Made by a program: the position numbers and the translations under genes. From contig JAAOMT010000129.1 in the NCBI GenBank assembly GCA_016748015.1, forward strand, positions 558,001 to 622,000: a DNA stretch of 64,000 nt, in the 5' to 3' direction. Of this stretch, positions 63,661 through 64,000 are shown in pieces. How positions within the stretch are numbered: position 1 is the stretch's first letter; each line of letters begins with the position of its first letter. Under the pieces are notes generated by a model that saw only the letters and a program-made list of their open reading frames with translations, had not been told where the DNA came from and searched no databases. This DNA is from Geosiphon pyriformis uo1. Lineage: Eukaryota; Fungi; Glomeromycota.

Positions 63661-64000
63661 ATGTTGTCGAAACAGTTTCGATACTCTTTCTGGTTGACGC
63701 ACGTACGTTTCACCGTATCGTGTTGTGCCATTGATTGCACAAGAAAAACTAGTATTATTAGTCTGCACAAGAAGCAACTAGGTGACGCTTCTCGCGTCTT
63801 TCTTGACGCGAGAAGATGCTATGCCGCCGACACCAGAAAGACCAAAAAGTCCGAAAAGTTGGAAGACGAACCTACTAAAGTTACAAAAGTTAGAAAATCA
63901 CCTAAACCAAATGGCGCAATAAAGAAATCCTCAACATCAATCAAATTATCTAAGAAGAGCTCACAAGATATGATAAACTTACAGACTAATTTAACAAATG
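63661..64000 (+). CDS. 5' part of a gene running off the window; probable mitochondrial presequence
   Basis: ATG at 63661 stays open to the window end: MLSKQFRYSFWLTHVRF...ARRCYAADTRK... Basic, nearly acid-free N-terminus with an RxY-A cleavage-like site. Confidence 0.55.
   Translation, partial: MLSKQFRYSFWLTHVRFTVSCCAIDCTRKTSIISLHKKQLGDASRVFLDARRCYAADTRKTKKSEKLEDEPTKVTKVRKSPKPNGAIKKSSTSIKLSKKSSQDMINLQTNLTN

Overview
Eukaryotic, intron-rich fungal DNA; gene style and TE families suggest an early-diverging (Mucoromycota/Glomeromycotina-like) fungus, which is an inference. The window has three parts. (i) 136-4003: a 7-exon PHO81/NUC-2 gene (SPX-ankyrin-GDPD). (ii) ~4.8-50.2 kb: a gene-free nested retroelement island. 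It holds two full-length Ty3/Gypsy proviruses (A, minus, 7170-14866; B, plus, 39550-49693, carrying a dUTPase), four solo LTRs plus a fragment, a near-complete RNase H-bearing LINE (24.4-31.2 kb), and several older LINE relics that make up the extremely AT-rich 'deserts'. (iii) 50.8-64 kb: ACMSD, KIN17/RTS2, SLC1-type LPAAT, a small C2H2 protein and the start of a probable mitochondrial protein. Two observations stand out. First, both otherwise divergent Gypsy elements end Pol right after RNase H and encode integrase as a separate ATG-initiated ORF after a 63-64 nt A/C-rich spacer. They also share an identical 18-nt PBS, a conserved pre-PPT motif, extra gag/pol domains and an env-position ORF3. 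Second, every repeat, but no host gene, shows RIP-like C>T/G>A hypermutation in all dinucleotide contexts, forming an age series down to near-pure AT. All coordinates and counts were read by hand, and boundaries of the relics are approximate.
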